Positions 63,886 through 64,000 of a DNA stretch of 64,000 nt are shown here, in pieces (the first letter of the stretch is position 1; every line of letters begins with the position of its first letter). The notes beneath the pieces are model-generated. The model made no database searches. It was not told where the DNA came from and saw only the letters and a program-made list of their open reading frames with translations. This stretch comes from Vicugna vicugna (lineage: Eukaryota). Location of the stretch: the NCBI GenBank assembly GCA_013265495.1, contig MU061544.1, forward strand, positions 1 to 64,000. The letters run 5' to 3'. A program made the translations under genes and the position numbers.

Positions 63886-64000
63886 GCTAAAAAAATACAG
63901 TAAAAGAAAGGAAGCACAGAAGTAGGAATCTGTGTTTATTAAGGTAGTACAGCTATTAATTGAAGAACCTAGACAATGCCCTATGGTCTTTACCTTACTC

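Noticed and set aside
1..64000. CRISPR array, operon or other prokaryotic/viral system
   Set aside because: No regularly spaced repeat-spacer array and no long ORFs; the content is typical mammalian repeat-rich DNA

Overview
AT-rich mammalian non-coding DNA (intergenic or deep intron). I find no supportable protein-coding exon, RNA gene, CpG island or CRISPR array; the ORF track consists of LINE-1/LTR remnants and chance ORFs. The window is dominated by interspersed repeats: several generations of LINE-1, six copies of a tRNA-derived SINE resembling the camelid vic-1 family (no ruminant, pig or carnivore SINEs recognised, so a camelid genome is likely), ERV1/ERVL/MaLR solo LTRs, MIR, L2, and hAT/Tigger DNA transposons, often nested. 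Subfamily names are recalled from consensus sequences and need Dfam/RepeatMasker confirmation. The most interesting structures are: (1) a 345-bp TSD-flanked element joining an L1 5' end directly to an L1 3' UTR at a branchpoint/AG position, a candidate spliced-L1 retrocopy or bipartite SINE-like family; (2) an L1 3' transduction with two poly(A) tails; (3) a GC-rich orphan insertion flanked by a 13-bp direct repeat; (4) a near-perfect 335-bp tandem duplication (recent event or assembly artefact); (5) a template-switch micro-inversion inside an L1; (6) two MER41-like solo LTRs carrying an N4-spaced GAS-like motif. No evidence of a novel protein-coding system.
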